Assembly: GCA_021432655.1 (NCBI GenBank)
Contig: MU271556.1
Coordinates: forward strand, 1-44,771
Reading direction: 5' to 3'
Source: Atractiella rhizophila
Taxonomy: Eukaryota
DNA length: 44,771 bases
Shown: positions 1-11,464 of the stretch, piece after piece
Layout of the letters: every line of letters begins with the position of its first letter
Numbering within the stretch: the stretch's first letter is position 1
Notes under the pieces: generated by a model
The model's input: the letters and a program-made list of their open reading frames with translations, nothing else
Told to the model about the DNA's origin: nothing
Database searches by the model: none
Program-made: the position numbers and the translations under genes

Positions 1-432
1 AAAGGGGTCCGTTAATTGATCATTCGAGAACAAACTGAACAAGGGTCCAATTGGGAGCATAGGCTCGATCTTTCGCCAGATGTGGACACTCACGATCAGT
101 ACTCTTCATCACAGTATGGTGTTCATGTTGTTGCAAAGAAGCAGTAATGGGTCAGTTCTTCTAGTAGTTCTTGCATTTGTAATTTTCCACGCCATTGAAC
201 TTTGGTATCACTTTTCCTTGAATGGGTATATGGTGTTGGCGTGTATTGTTGTCTTGCCCCGTCTTCGTGAAATCAAACTGAAAGCTACCACTGCGTCAGG
301 TAGAGGCGGCCATGGCCATCTATACCCGTGCTTTAAATGTCACCACTTTCTTCATCCTCAATATGGCATACGATTGCACATTTCCTTTGATTGAAGAATG
401 AGGAACGACATCTAAAACACAGAAACATAGGT

Positions 433-1629
433 TTAGATCTTCGACATCCTCGTCGCCGCATCCAAATGTAGCACAGTCCCATTGAGGTACCCATTCCCTA
501 TCACTTCCATACAAAGACTCGCAAATTCCTCCCCTTTTCCTAATCTGGTGGGGAAGACAGCTTGGCTCTCCAATTGCTTGAGCGTTTTTGAAGGGAGCTT
601 GGTCGCCATCGGCGTCGCCTACAACGACAGGTCAACGTTGGTAAGTCAGCGATCGGTCTTTTTGAATAATATGAGTATGGGGAACGCACGAAGAGGGACG
701 GTGCAATGGCTACGACTCGAATTCCTGGATCGAAAGTCGTTTTAGTTAGTGAGACATCGACTATGTCAATTAACTTACCGTCCCGTGATAGGTCTCTAGC
801 CATAGGAAGCGCAAGAGAGGCCACACCGCCTTTACTCGAGGCGTAAGCGGTCTGTTTCGAACCGTAAACACGTATGATCATTGTGACACAAATGGATGAG
901 AGAAGCCCACCTGGCCAGTTTGACCTTGGTTATATGAATTCGAGGACACGAGGATTATCACTCCCTTGTCTTCCTCATTAGCTGGTAGAAACTTTTCTTG
1001 AAGAACGATAGCAGATGCCACTTGTGCCGATACGTTGAAAGTGCCTGTCTACATCAACATAAACCAGCCGAATGGTGTAAGTGGGAGTATTGGACGAACT
1101 AAGTTTACGTCCAAAATTTGACGGAACGCGTCCAGGGAGAACACGCTGCCATCGCGGTTAACGATCTAGCATTCCACATTAGGCACATTCAACAAGGAAA
1201 GAAGCAACTTCACCTTCCCAGCAATGCCGAAACCTGCACAGTTGATAACACCCCCAATCCTCTTCTTAGGCCAATGCTTCTGTGCGCGTTCGATGATCAC
1301 TTTGATCGCTTCCTCATCTCTTACATCCGCTTGGGCAAAAAATACGTTCTATACGCCAAGAATATGATGTCTAAGCGCCTTCTTGACGGAAGTTGTGTGA
1401 AGAAATGGCGAACTGGCTTGAATCGCTTCACTAGCTCTTCCCCTACTTCTTCATTGACGTCTAGGACAGCTACAAGGGCACCTTTCTCAACCAGAGATTG
1501 TACACATGCGAGACCAAGACCTGAATAGATAAAGTTGTGTATTGTTAGATGCCTGTTTGAAAAGAGAGAAAGATTGAGCTGACCAGAAGAACCGCCAGTC
1601 ACAAAGATGATTTTGTCTTGCACACGCAT
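433..1629 (-). CDS. Short-chain dehydrogenase/reductase, 3-hydroxyacyl-CoA dehydrogenase type-2 (HSD17B10-like), multi-exon
   Basis: N-terminus MRVQDKIIFVTGGSSG/LG carries the TGxxxGxG Rossmann motif split by an intron. Catalytic YxxxK appears as GQTAYASSKGGV, followed by LPMARDL and GIRVVAIAPSLF. The last exon translates ...GNGYLNGTVLHLDAATRMSKI*, with TAA at 433-435. Confidence 0.9.
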
Positions 1630-1898
1630 TTCCTTTTCTTGACACCTGTTACTCTGAACTTGTTACGCGGAACTCGTACTCGTTGAGAGTGTGACTTTCT
1701 TTGCTGTTGTGCCTGAAAGCTCGGCACACCGGGCATGTCGGACAGGTTCTAGCCGGATGGATCGGAATACGCCGTTGACTCATTCGGGTTGCGGGGCTCC
1801 ATGTTCTTCTTCAGAATGCATATTCATGTTGATGACTACGTTCACATTCGTCTTTCACACAGTTACACAGCATTCATCAGAGCATTCATAGAGGCGCA

Positions 1899-3339
1899 AT
1901 GGCACCTACAGTATCCCAACCAAACTCTGGCAAACTGTTCGCAGACATGCTTGCAGGCTTCGCCTTCTCAGACACGGCTGACTCTGCAGAGGCTTCCAAA
2001 CCGCCACGTAGAAGTCCCAGGCTGCATCCTACCGCTGCTTCTCTCACAGTAGCTACTACGAGCGATAAACAACGAGAAGAAAGCGATTCCGCGTCCACGG
2101 AGGTGACCCCTGGTGATGGGGACAGTTTGAAGCGAAAGAGGAGTCTTGGCACAGTGGATGGGGAAGCTTCTGTCGAGACTGCGAAGAAGAAAGTGAGGGT
2201 TGGAAAGAAACCGAATATGGATCCGAAGGCGTATCAAGGTCTTGAACCTATCACTGATAGGTTGGGTGAGAATCTACATGGTGAGTTCTCGTTCCAAAAG
2301 TGCGACGTCCCAGAGAATTGATGTTTCTGTTGACAGTCATCTTCTGTGGTTGCAATCCTGGAATAGAATCGTCTAAACAAGGTATACATATTCTTCCACT
2401 TACAGCATTTCAGCCACAAAAGCATGAATGCAAACAGGCTACCATTATGCTCATCCTGGCAACCGATTCTACAAAGTCCTCTCACAAAGCGGTAAGCCCA
2501 CTTTTAGTTTCTGCTTCAGTGGATTGAAATCTATATGTCCAGGTTTTACAAATGGTGACACAGTCAAGCCTCCTGATTCGCCCAACTTCCCTTCAAAGTA
2601 TTCCATCGGGATACTAGACTTAGTTCAGCGTCCAACCAGACAAGTTCGTCCCCTTCCTCCTCCTAAATAGGCCATAAGCTAAAGAGTGTCCTCTCATGGG
2701 GTTAGTTTGCAGAAGTTTCAGACGCAGAATGCCAGGGTGGCGTACCGGAAGTGTTTCGCAAAATAGTGCAATGCAGACCACGGTGCGGCTTACGTTCTCT
2801 CCCTGATGATGAGTGCAACAAAGACAATTGATACGTATGGATTCGACAAGCAGGATCGTCATCTTCACGGCCTTAAAAATATACGAGCACATCATCGCCA
2901 CGCTCCCACCCTCGCTCAAACTACCCAAACCGAACAAATTGAAACCGAGCCAGTTCGTAGTACCGCTCAAGGTCCTCCTTCCCGAAGGAGGAGAGACGTG
3001 GCTTGTCGCTTCTCCTGGAGTGAGCGGGTTGAGCGCGGCGTATCAAGTCAGTTTTCCGCCATGAACCGACCTCACCTCCAATATCACGCGTTATTAGGTC
3101 TGACTACTGAACTTGGTTGTGTTTGGTGGTGGCGTTGGCAGGTACCAGAGTTGATCGCGATTTGGAACGAAGCGCATCGAATTGCAGAGGTCTTGAGAAC
3201 TCACCTGCCAGGGACGGAGGAGAGGTTGGAGGAAAGGAAGGTTGCGTCCAAGTATGGGTTGCAGGAGATGAAGGTGCTCGTCGCGCTGGACGTTGTGGGT
3301 GGTTCGCGTGAGAAGAAGGGGAAGGAGGACGAGAAATAG
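1899..3339 (+). CDS. G/T-G/U mismatch-specific DNA glycosylase (TDG/MUG family), multi-exon
   Basis: Spliced reading gives LEPITDRLGENLH-VIFCGCNPG (family GxNPG catalytic motif), HYAHPGNRFYKVL, LVQRPT and SPGVSG. The N-terminus is low-complexity and basic. Stop at 3337-3339. Confidence 0.85.
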
Positions 3340-3844
3340 CTTGGAGCACCTGCGTAACGTGTCGAATTTCTAATTGGACTGCTGATGACTGATGGCTTGT
3401 GCCTAGACCATCAGTCTCCTGTGGGAAATCTAACAGGGAGACGGGCACGCTCAGCCCAGTATTGACGGATGACGCCCGCTGACATTTTAATATTGAGCCT
3501 CCTATACTTTTCGATATTGGTTTATATCCACACCCCTCGATGTTATTGGGATAATATCTATTATTCGTTCTCCGTCTTGTTGTCACGTGCCTATCACGTA
3601 GCACGGCCGAACGGCTCTTCTCCTTCGGCCTCGATGTTGCTTCAATAGCGGACAATGCCGTTCTCTGCCGCTGCCACTGAGGCGAATTTCATTGCTAGGT
3701 CGTGTGCCTTCTTCATATAAAGGTTGCTAGCTTTCACCTACTTAGCTCGAGTTGGGAGCAGAGGGGAATCTAGTCCAGTTCCTTACCTTCAGGTCACAGG
3801 TTTTGCGTTGTGGTCTTAGTCGCAGTGCTTCGTGATACTTCGTA

Positions 3845-6301
3845 ATGAGTTTTCTGAAGGCTTTGAAGATGAAGAGAAAGGGCTCTCAGCTCGAAGCTGA
3901 GGTTGAGTCGACCTTGGGAGGGAAGGACTTGGAAACGAAACCGAAACGACATTCTGACACGGCGTCTTATCATCGAGACGATGCAAAAACTCTCGTTACA
4001 GATGAGGATAATACGAAAAGCGGCGAGAAAGAAGAAGAGTTTGATAAAAAGAGTCTTGATGAAGACATTAGGAAGGATGTGGAAGAGAACAAAAGCGGCC
4101 TAGAAGAACCTTCAGGTTCTCAGGCGGATGATCTCGAGAAAGGCAGCCCTGGAGAGCCATCAACTAAGGACCCACCTATTGGAAATAGTGATAATCAACT
4201 TCAGGAGCAAACCAACTTGCTCCCACGGAAAGCCTTGATAATTGTTCGCATTCTTCGATAACTGCTTCATAAGTGGTGTTGATGATGTCACAGGTTTTCT
4301 GTGGTCTCGCACTCGCCATTGTGCTTCCAATGCTGGACCAGACACAGGTACTTTCAAAAAACTGTAGAATCAATTAAGACATGATTGTCAATAGGTCGCC
4401 ACGAGTTTACCTCGAATATCCCAAGACTTCAAAGCGGGCAAAGAGTCGACTTGGGTTGCTACCGCATACCTTTTGACATCGACTTCCTTTCAACCTCTCT
4501 TCGGTCGGTTCAGCGACATATTCGGACGGAAAAGAGTAATGCTGTTCTCGTTGGCCAATTTTTTTGTCTGGACGCTCGCTTGTGGCGTTGCACAGTCGAT
4601 GACTCAATTAATCGTTTTTCGAGCCTTTGCTGGCATTGGAGGTGGAGGTAACGATGGCATTCATTCTCTCTTCACTACCTAGCTCATCATGGGATCTCTA
4701 GGAATTATATCCCTTACTATGATTATTATTAGGTTGGTACTCTTGCTTAAAGGCGGCTATCAGACTGACAAGATGTCAGTGATGTTGTCAGCTTGAGAGA
4801 TCGAGGAAAATATCAGGGCTTTATAGGAGTCACAATTGCTTTCGCAAAGTAAGCCTTAGGATACTCCTCCTATTGCGTCGGCTGACAAGAGACGAAGCGG
4901 AGTTGGGCCGACACTTGGAGGAGTGCTCGCTGAGAAAGCCACATGGCGGTGAGTTGAATCACTAAATAGAATCTTGAATAATCGTTAATCGCTTTCAGAT
5001 GGTCTTTCTTTATCAACCTGCCTCTGTCGATCATAGCTTCGCTAGTCGTTATCTTTGCGCTTCCTCTGCGACACGTGAAGGGCGAGTTCAAGGAGTAAGT
5101 AAAACGACGCAACAAGCTTCTTCTTGCTGACTTGTGTGTTTTCCTGGAGGAAATTGCTGAAAATCGACTATGGCGGATCTATTCTGATCACATGCGGCTC
5201 TGTTCTCCTGCTCTTGTCGCTTAATTGGGGAGGAGTGGAATATCCCTGGGATTCCGGCATCGTTCTAGGCATCTTGATCGCCTCGATAGGCATTTTCGCC
5301 ATTTTCTTGATGTGGGAGTGGAAGGCGGCTCGCATTCCCATCATCCCTCTCCGAATCTTTCGAAACGCCACAGTTTCCGGCGTCCTCGCAACCTCTTTAG
5401 GCAACGGCCACATATTCTACACCTCCCTCTTCTTCGTCCCTCAACTCTACCAAGTATTGCGGGGATATTCTCCAATCACGAGCGGTTTACTCTTGCTCCC
5501 TCTCATGTCCATCCAAGCTGTCGCCAGTCTCGTGTCAGGCTTGATCGTTTCGCGAACCGGTCGATATAAAGTCAACATCCTGTTGGGATGGGCGACATGG
5601 ACGGTTGGAGTCGGTCTGGTTTCGACTTTGGATGAACATTCGACTCCTGGACAAGCTGTGGGATACCTTTTGCTAAGTGGCATAAGTGCAGGTCAAACAT
5701 TTCAAACGACACTCATTGCTGCTCAAGCTTCGGTTCCTCGGAAAGAGATGTCAGTCGTGACATCTGTGAGGAACTTCATTCGCCAACTTGGAGGGACTAT
5801 TGGCCTGGCAATTGGTACGATTCTCCTTGCGCTCAGCTGTTCTTGACCTAATCATTTTGTGTAGCCTCCACGATTCTGTAACGTATTCCCTCACGACACA
5901 GCATCCAATGGAACTGATTCTGCTCATCCGACGGCAGGAACAACTCCCTACGCTCCCACCTCCGAGGGGCCAATTTTTCCGAACAACTAATATCCTCGAT
6001 CCTCGACGACCCAGCGTCCATCCAGGATGCAACTACCTCTCTCACAGCTGCGCAGAAGGCGGCAGCGATAGCAGGGTATCGTCAAGGATTCCGTGTCATC
6101 TTCCTCATCGCCACAGCCGTCGCTGGACTCTCTTTCTTTGTCTCCCTGTTTTTCATCGCCGAAGTCACTCTGAGGAGGGAGGATGAGAAGGAGTTGAAGG
6201 CGAAGAGTAAGCGGTGGTTGGAGGAAAAGAAGAGGAAGGCGGCGGAGAAGGAGAAGAAGGATGCAGACGAGAGAGGGCGTGAAGAGCAGGCTTGTGGGTG
6301 A
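3845..6301 (+). CDS. MFS multidrug transporter (DHA2/14-TMS type), multi-exon
   Basis: Motifs EQTNLLPRK, MLDQT, FQPLFGRFSDIFGRK, FRAFAGIGGG, RGKYQG, WxFFINLP, IDYGG, LNWGGVEYPWDS and RQLGGTIGLA, with many hydrophobic helices. The last exon ends ...EEQACG* (TGA 6299-6301). Confidence 0.9.
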
Positions 6302-7166
6302 GCATGTGAGGATAGATGCAGTTTAGATTGAATGTATTAGATATTTTGAATCCCGGTTTGACAAACGGAAGAAGGGAAACATGATGATCTAGAGTGTTGG
6401 GAGTGAATCGCAAAAACGAAGCTGAAGCAATGGAGCAGTGTTCCAAATTCGAATACAGGATATCCAACATTCAGAAGAGAGTCTCTTCACGAGATCATTT
6501 GGTCAAAGGAAGGAATTGTACCCTTTGTCCTGTCCACAAACTGAGCTCCAAGTCCTGCTGCTGTGGATGCCGGGAGCCCAGGGGATTCGGCGCAGCTCTT
6601 TGCACAACGTTATTGCTATTGCTGTCACAACATTCTTCAGCCTATATTCAAACTGGAATATCCACGCAACCAAATAACATTCAGATGTGATGGGACGAGA
6701 AGGTATCATAGCTACCAGGCGCTACGGACCGTCGAGCTCCGCCGTCTTCAGGACATCTCTCTCATGTTTTCCGCATTATTCCTGCATTATTCCCTTCATC
6801 TTTAGCACTTGTTAACCAGCGTTAACAACCACAATCCTTTGAGCTGCCAGCGGCTCAATGACGTGACTTCCTCGCATCGTGGTTCGACTTCGGAGCTGTC
6901 GGCTGCCATTGATTGCTCAGCAGACAACTACTGCCAAACACTGAACGACCGCTTCACTTCTTGCCGCACTCATCGCTCATCAGTCAGTGCAAGGTGAGCC
7001 CACTGCTCCATAGCCCGTGTATACGCTTACTTGCCTTGTGCTGAAAGAGTACACTGTATAATACGAGAAGTGTTAAAACGCCTCGGGAAGGCTTATAATT
7101 AACCACCATCACGACTTTTCGAAACGACCATCAGGCTGATTGCAAGGAAACGAGCGAAGAACGACG

Positions 7167-10100
7167 ATGGACTATCAGTTCCCTCCTCAGCCTCACTCCG
7201 CCTCTTCTCAGGACTTCGACTTTTCCTTCCTCCCGCCTTCCCATCCCACCTCAAACTCCAACGAACCCTCAAGCGATTTCCTCTCAGGATTGGACCTCAA
7301 CGTCCAGACCTCGTCAGAGTTAAATTTCGCCGATTTCCTCGTCGACGAAGACGTCCTCGCCCAACTCTCCCACGCCGCATCCACCTCCGATTCTGCGTCG
7401 GTCCGAGGACACCAGAGCAGCAGCACGCCCGAGTCTCACTCTTCCCACTGCGCTCCCTCTCTCTCTCCCAGCGGGAGCCATTCCACCGATACCAATTTTC
7501 CATCGCCTCCCCATCTGCATTCCAAAGAAGAAAATAACAGCGCGTTCTTCGATGCTAATCTCCTGGCTGCTGCTGCCGCAGCTGGGTTGGGAGGGTTTGG
7601 TGGGAATGGAAATGGATTTGCGAATCCTGGTTTCGGTCTAGTGGGACCGGCTATAGGTGGAAAGAAGGCGAGTCCGTCTCTTTCGAATGCGGGAAGAGGA
7701 ATGGGAAGCAACGGAGACTTCGGGATGGGGATCGGAGGCATGTTTGACTTTGCGAAAGGAGGAGGGACGCAGGAGATGGGACAGGATGGCGTAATGAAAG
7801 GTGAGATTATCTCTTTGTGGTTGAGTAGGAGCGGGAAGAGGAAGGTGCGAGGCAATAGACATGCCTTAGTTCTTGGAGCCCTTCAGACGCCAGACGCGCT
7901 TAAAGCAGTCTCGGCAAAAAGCATGTCGACCGTCGACCCCAATTCGGATTTACGTCAGAGCATGAGATAACTAGATGCATCCCCATCTATTCTGCGAACC
8001 AGTGAAAGAATTTTATGGCTGACTTTTTTATGTCTGATCGCAGATTCGCCATCCCCTCCCTTTCCTCATCAAGTCCCCGCTCAATCCGCTCCTCAGCCAA
8101 TCATGAGTTCCTACGCCCAACAACCTCAACACCCCGTCCAGACCCCAATCCCCGTCTTATCCTACGCAACTCACACCTTCCCACCACAACAACCGCAACA
8201 GCAACCTCAACCCTTCGCCGCTCTCCCTCCAACCCCCCACACCGGTCCGATCGAACCAACTCCACAACGCAGTCTCAAACGCAAAGCGTCCGCCAACATA
8301 CCCGTACCCCTCCCTCAAGAGCGGGAGCCGGAATTCATCCGCGAGGCTCCGTCGTCCGGAGGACACAATGTGGTCGAGAGGCGGTATAGGAACAACATCA
8401 ATTCGCACATTGCACGCTTGAGAGATCTCGTCCCTGCTCTCAACCATCTCAAGCCGCTCCCTAACACTTCCACGAGCAGTGTGGGTGGTGCGACCGGCGG
8501 AGGGAGGAAGGCGAGTCAGTTTACCCTTACGACCGGCGCGATGCAGCCTATTCCCGTCGGATTGGTGGACGGTGTGAAGGCGGCCAAGAAGTTGAGTAAA
8601 GGTGTGATCTTAGGGAAGAGTATTGAGTATATCGAGTTCTTGAAGAGGGAGAGGGAGGAATTGAGAGATGCGATTGAGTTGTTCAAGAACTTAGTTTTGG
8701 AGAGAGAGGGAGGAGACCAGCTGGTTGATGCGTGGCAGAAGGAGCTGGAGAAAAGGAGCGGCGATGTGGGACGGAGGATGGCACAGGATACCAAAGTGGA
8801 GGAAGAGTGGGATGAAGATGAAGAGGATGACGAGGAGGATGCGCACGTCAGTAAGAAAAGGGCAGTGGAGGTTCCAGTCAAAACGACCGGTAAAGGGAGG
8901 AAGGAGAAACAAGCAACAAAGGCCTCACCTCCCCAACCCTCCCCCGTGTTCTCTCAGCAATCCGCCCAATCACACATCTCTCCTCAGCTTCAGCCTCAAC
9001 CTCAACCGCAAGCTCAGAACCAGCGGTTTGATCCCCAGATGTTCAACGCTCACGTCCCCGCTTCGCAGTACAATCCAGCGTTGAATGGACAAGGAAACCT
9101 CTACCAACAATTGGAGAACTACCGTCTGCGTGCCACTTCCATCTCTCAAAATAACCAGCCAGCACATCAGTTCATCGCTCCGGTACTCCCACCCCAAGTC
9201 CCACAGTTGATGCAACACTACCCGTCCACTGCCGGCGCTCAACAGCAAGGACAACAGTTCCCCAACGCCTATGCCCAACACCAACAACCACAACCAAGGA
9301 CGTTCCTCGCCGTTTTCGCCGGCGCGTCATTCGCTGGTGGAATGGGCTACGCGTCCACCGCGAGTGGAGCGGGAGCGAGCGAGAGTGCTGGAAGGGTGTG
9401 GACTGCGGGGAAGGATATTCTCAAGAAACGGGCTTTCGGCTCCCCATCCCCGGATACTGTGCCTCAAAATACCTTTGGATCTTCTTGGCTCTTCGTTTTG
9501 GGTGGTGCCGCGGTGCTGTTTGCCCTCTGGTGGTCCTTGCTTAGGGAGAGGAGGAGGGATGAGGATGTGAGACGCTTGAATGAGCGGGTGGTTAGAGGTG
9601 GGAAGGAGGGGAAGACTGCCATGGCGGGGTTGAAGGAAGCATTGATGGATGGTTTGAGGTCCTACGTCGGGTTTGGGACTTTGGAAGACTGGCGAGCGAT
9701 GAGCTTGGTGCGCGTAGTGGAACTCGATGTTATACTCGGTACACCTTCCATTCTTCCGCACCACCAGACGCTAATGTGTGCTGTTTTAGGGGAAAGCAAT
9801 CGATGGAACCGTTTCCGTCTCTCCCGCGCCGTCTCCTCTTCGTCATGGCCCCAATCAACCTCCTCAACCCCTCTCCTCTCCCGTTCCTACGTCCATGCTC
9901 TACTCGCGCTATCTCACTACACTCAGTCCTCCCAAACCGCGAATCAGCATTGGGAGCTTGCCCGATCGGCTACAAGCGATAAGAAGGAGGATTCAGTTCT
10001 CCCGTGGCTCGATATGGTGCTTGAGTTGTCCGTCGAAGAAGCGTACAGAATGCTAAGCCGCGCCAACGCCTTGCAAGGAGAGGAAAAGAACGAGAAGAAC

Positions 10101-10889
10101 TGGAGGGCAACAGATAGCAATCCGCTCTCCGTAATCGCAGAAGAAAAATCGTCCCAACTCCTCAATGGGGTCTGGAGCCAAATATTCGTCGAACTGATGC
10201 GTCAACAGGCGCAACCGGACAGTCCAGCTTCGGTATCTTCTCTCTTCATGCCCTCAAAGAGCTCAGCTATCGGCGGCGCCGTCGACCCGCTGGAGAGGCT
10301 GCGGGGATGGACGAGGAAGACGGAAATCGATGATGCCCTTGCTAGATTGACATTACTCGTCAATCCGGGTTCGAGGAACTACCTTCTCTCCATGTTGACA
10401 ACGGTGCTGTGGAATGTGTGGCAGGGACGTGGCAAGCTGAGCGATGTGGAGTCGAATAAACTAGTGAGGATTTTGGAAGGAGAGGAAGATGTGGCTGTCC
10501 GTCTCTTTCTGCTCTATTCTACGGCGGACGCGGACAAACACATCTCATCTTTCTCGTCACTGATCGAAACGCACAAGGCATCTTTCCGCTACATCTCTCC
10601 ATCCACAGCCCTCATTTTCTCCACACTTTCCTACCTCTTCCTCCACCCCCTGCTCCACAGCACTTCGCCAGTCAACGGAGGAAAGGAGGGGATGATGTTG
10701 AATAGGTCGACGCTGGGCGTACGGCTCCTTTTCAACAATAAGGTGTGGGAGGATGAGGAGCTTGGAGAGCGAGGAGAACGGGATTTGGTGGAAGCGGTTG
10801 AGGAATGGGCGGATCGGATTCAGCTCCTTGGGAGAAAGGCGGTTGGGTTGCTCGGCACAGAAGAGGATAGTGGTATTGACGTGGATTGA
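7167..10889 (+). CDS. SRE1: SREBP-like membrane-bound bHLH transcription factor (Sre1-type)
   Basis: bHLH basic region HNVVERRYRNNIN has the SREBP-diagnostic Tyr; helix 2 is KLSKGVILGKSIEYIEFL. The N-terminus is acidic/Ser-rich and there are two hydrophobic segments at ~9300-9350 and ~9484-9543. Exon 1 (7167-7800) splices in frame across the GT..AG intron 7801-8043. A probable 51-nt intron lies at 9739-9789. Confidence 0.8.
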
Positions 10890-11464
10890 AGAATCCTTCT
10901 TAGGATGGACAAGAACGTGTTGGACATTCGTTGGGTTATCTATCAGCACTCTGCTTCTTCTCCGTCCCTCCCTTTCTAAAACAGTCTGTTAGTGTTCACA
11001 AGCTCCAGATGTAGCGCGACGAGGGATCTTTCGACTTTCTTGTCGCATCATTCTTGAGCTTTCTTGCCTCCTTTCTCTCCTTCCTTTCTGAGTGTCTCTT
11101 CCTCCTTTGGTGAAGTTTGCTTGTACACTACTAAGTAGAGAGAAATCCTTTCTGCGTCTTGTTATTTGGTCCACAATATCGTGAAGGTTCAAATACCCTT
11201 AATCAGTGGAATACACATCCTTCTTTGAAATTTCGATGTTTCTTTCACCATTGCTAACTTGGAAGTCGTTTCTTAGCCAGGTTTCTTGGGAAGAGCTCAG
11301 GGTGGCAGCGTTGACAATTGTTGACGCGTTTCAACGGCTGAAATTTGCCACCCGCAGTACTAAACGCCAGCGAACAACGTCACGACCTCAGCAATCCACC
11401 AGTATCGATATTACATTATATACATCCCCGTTATTTGACCATTCCACACCTTTAGCCAAGCAGC

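Noticed and set aside
1..400. Short ORFs at the window start
   Set aside because: No consistent frame, splice pattern or protein motif was found.
1899..3339. Functional link between the G/T-mismatch glycosylase and the CpG-depleted island
   Set aside because: This is an ordinary housekeeping gene 12 kb away, and proximity alone is not evidence.
3104..3655. 183-aa minus-strand ORF
   Set aside because: It overlaps the glycosylase 3' exon in antisense and has no recognisable motifs.
6300..7166. Sterol-regulatory (SRE) autoregulatory sites or uORFs upstream of the SREBP gene
   Set aside because: Only short degenerate matches such as ATCACGAC and TGACGTGA are present, which cannot be distinguished from chance.
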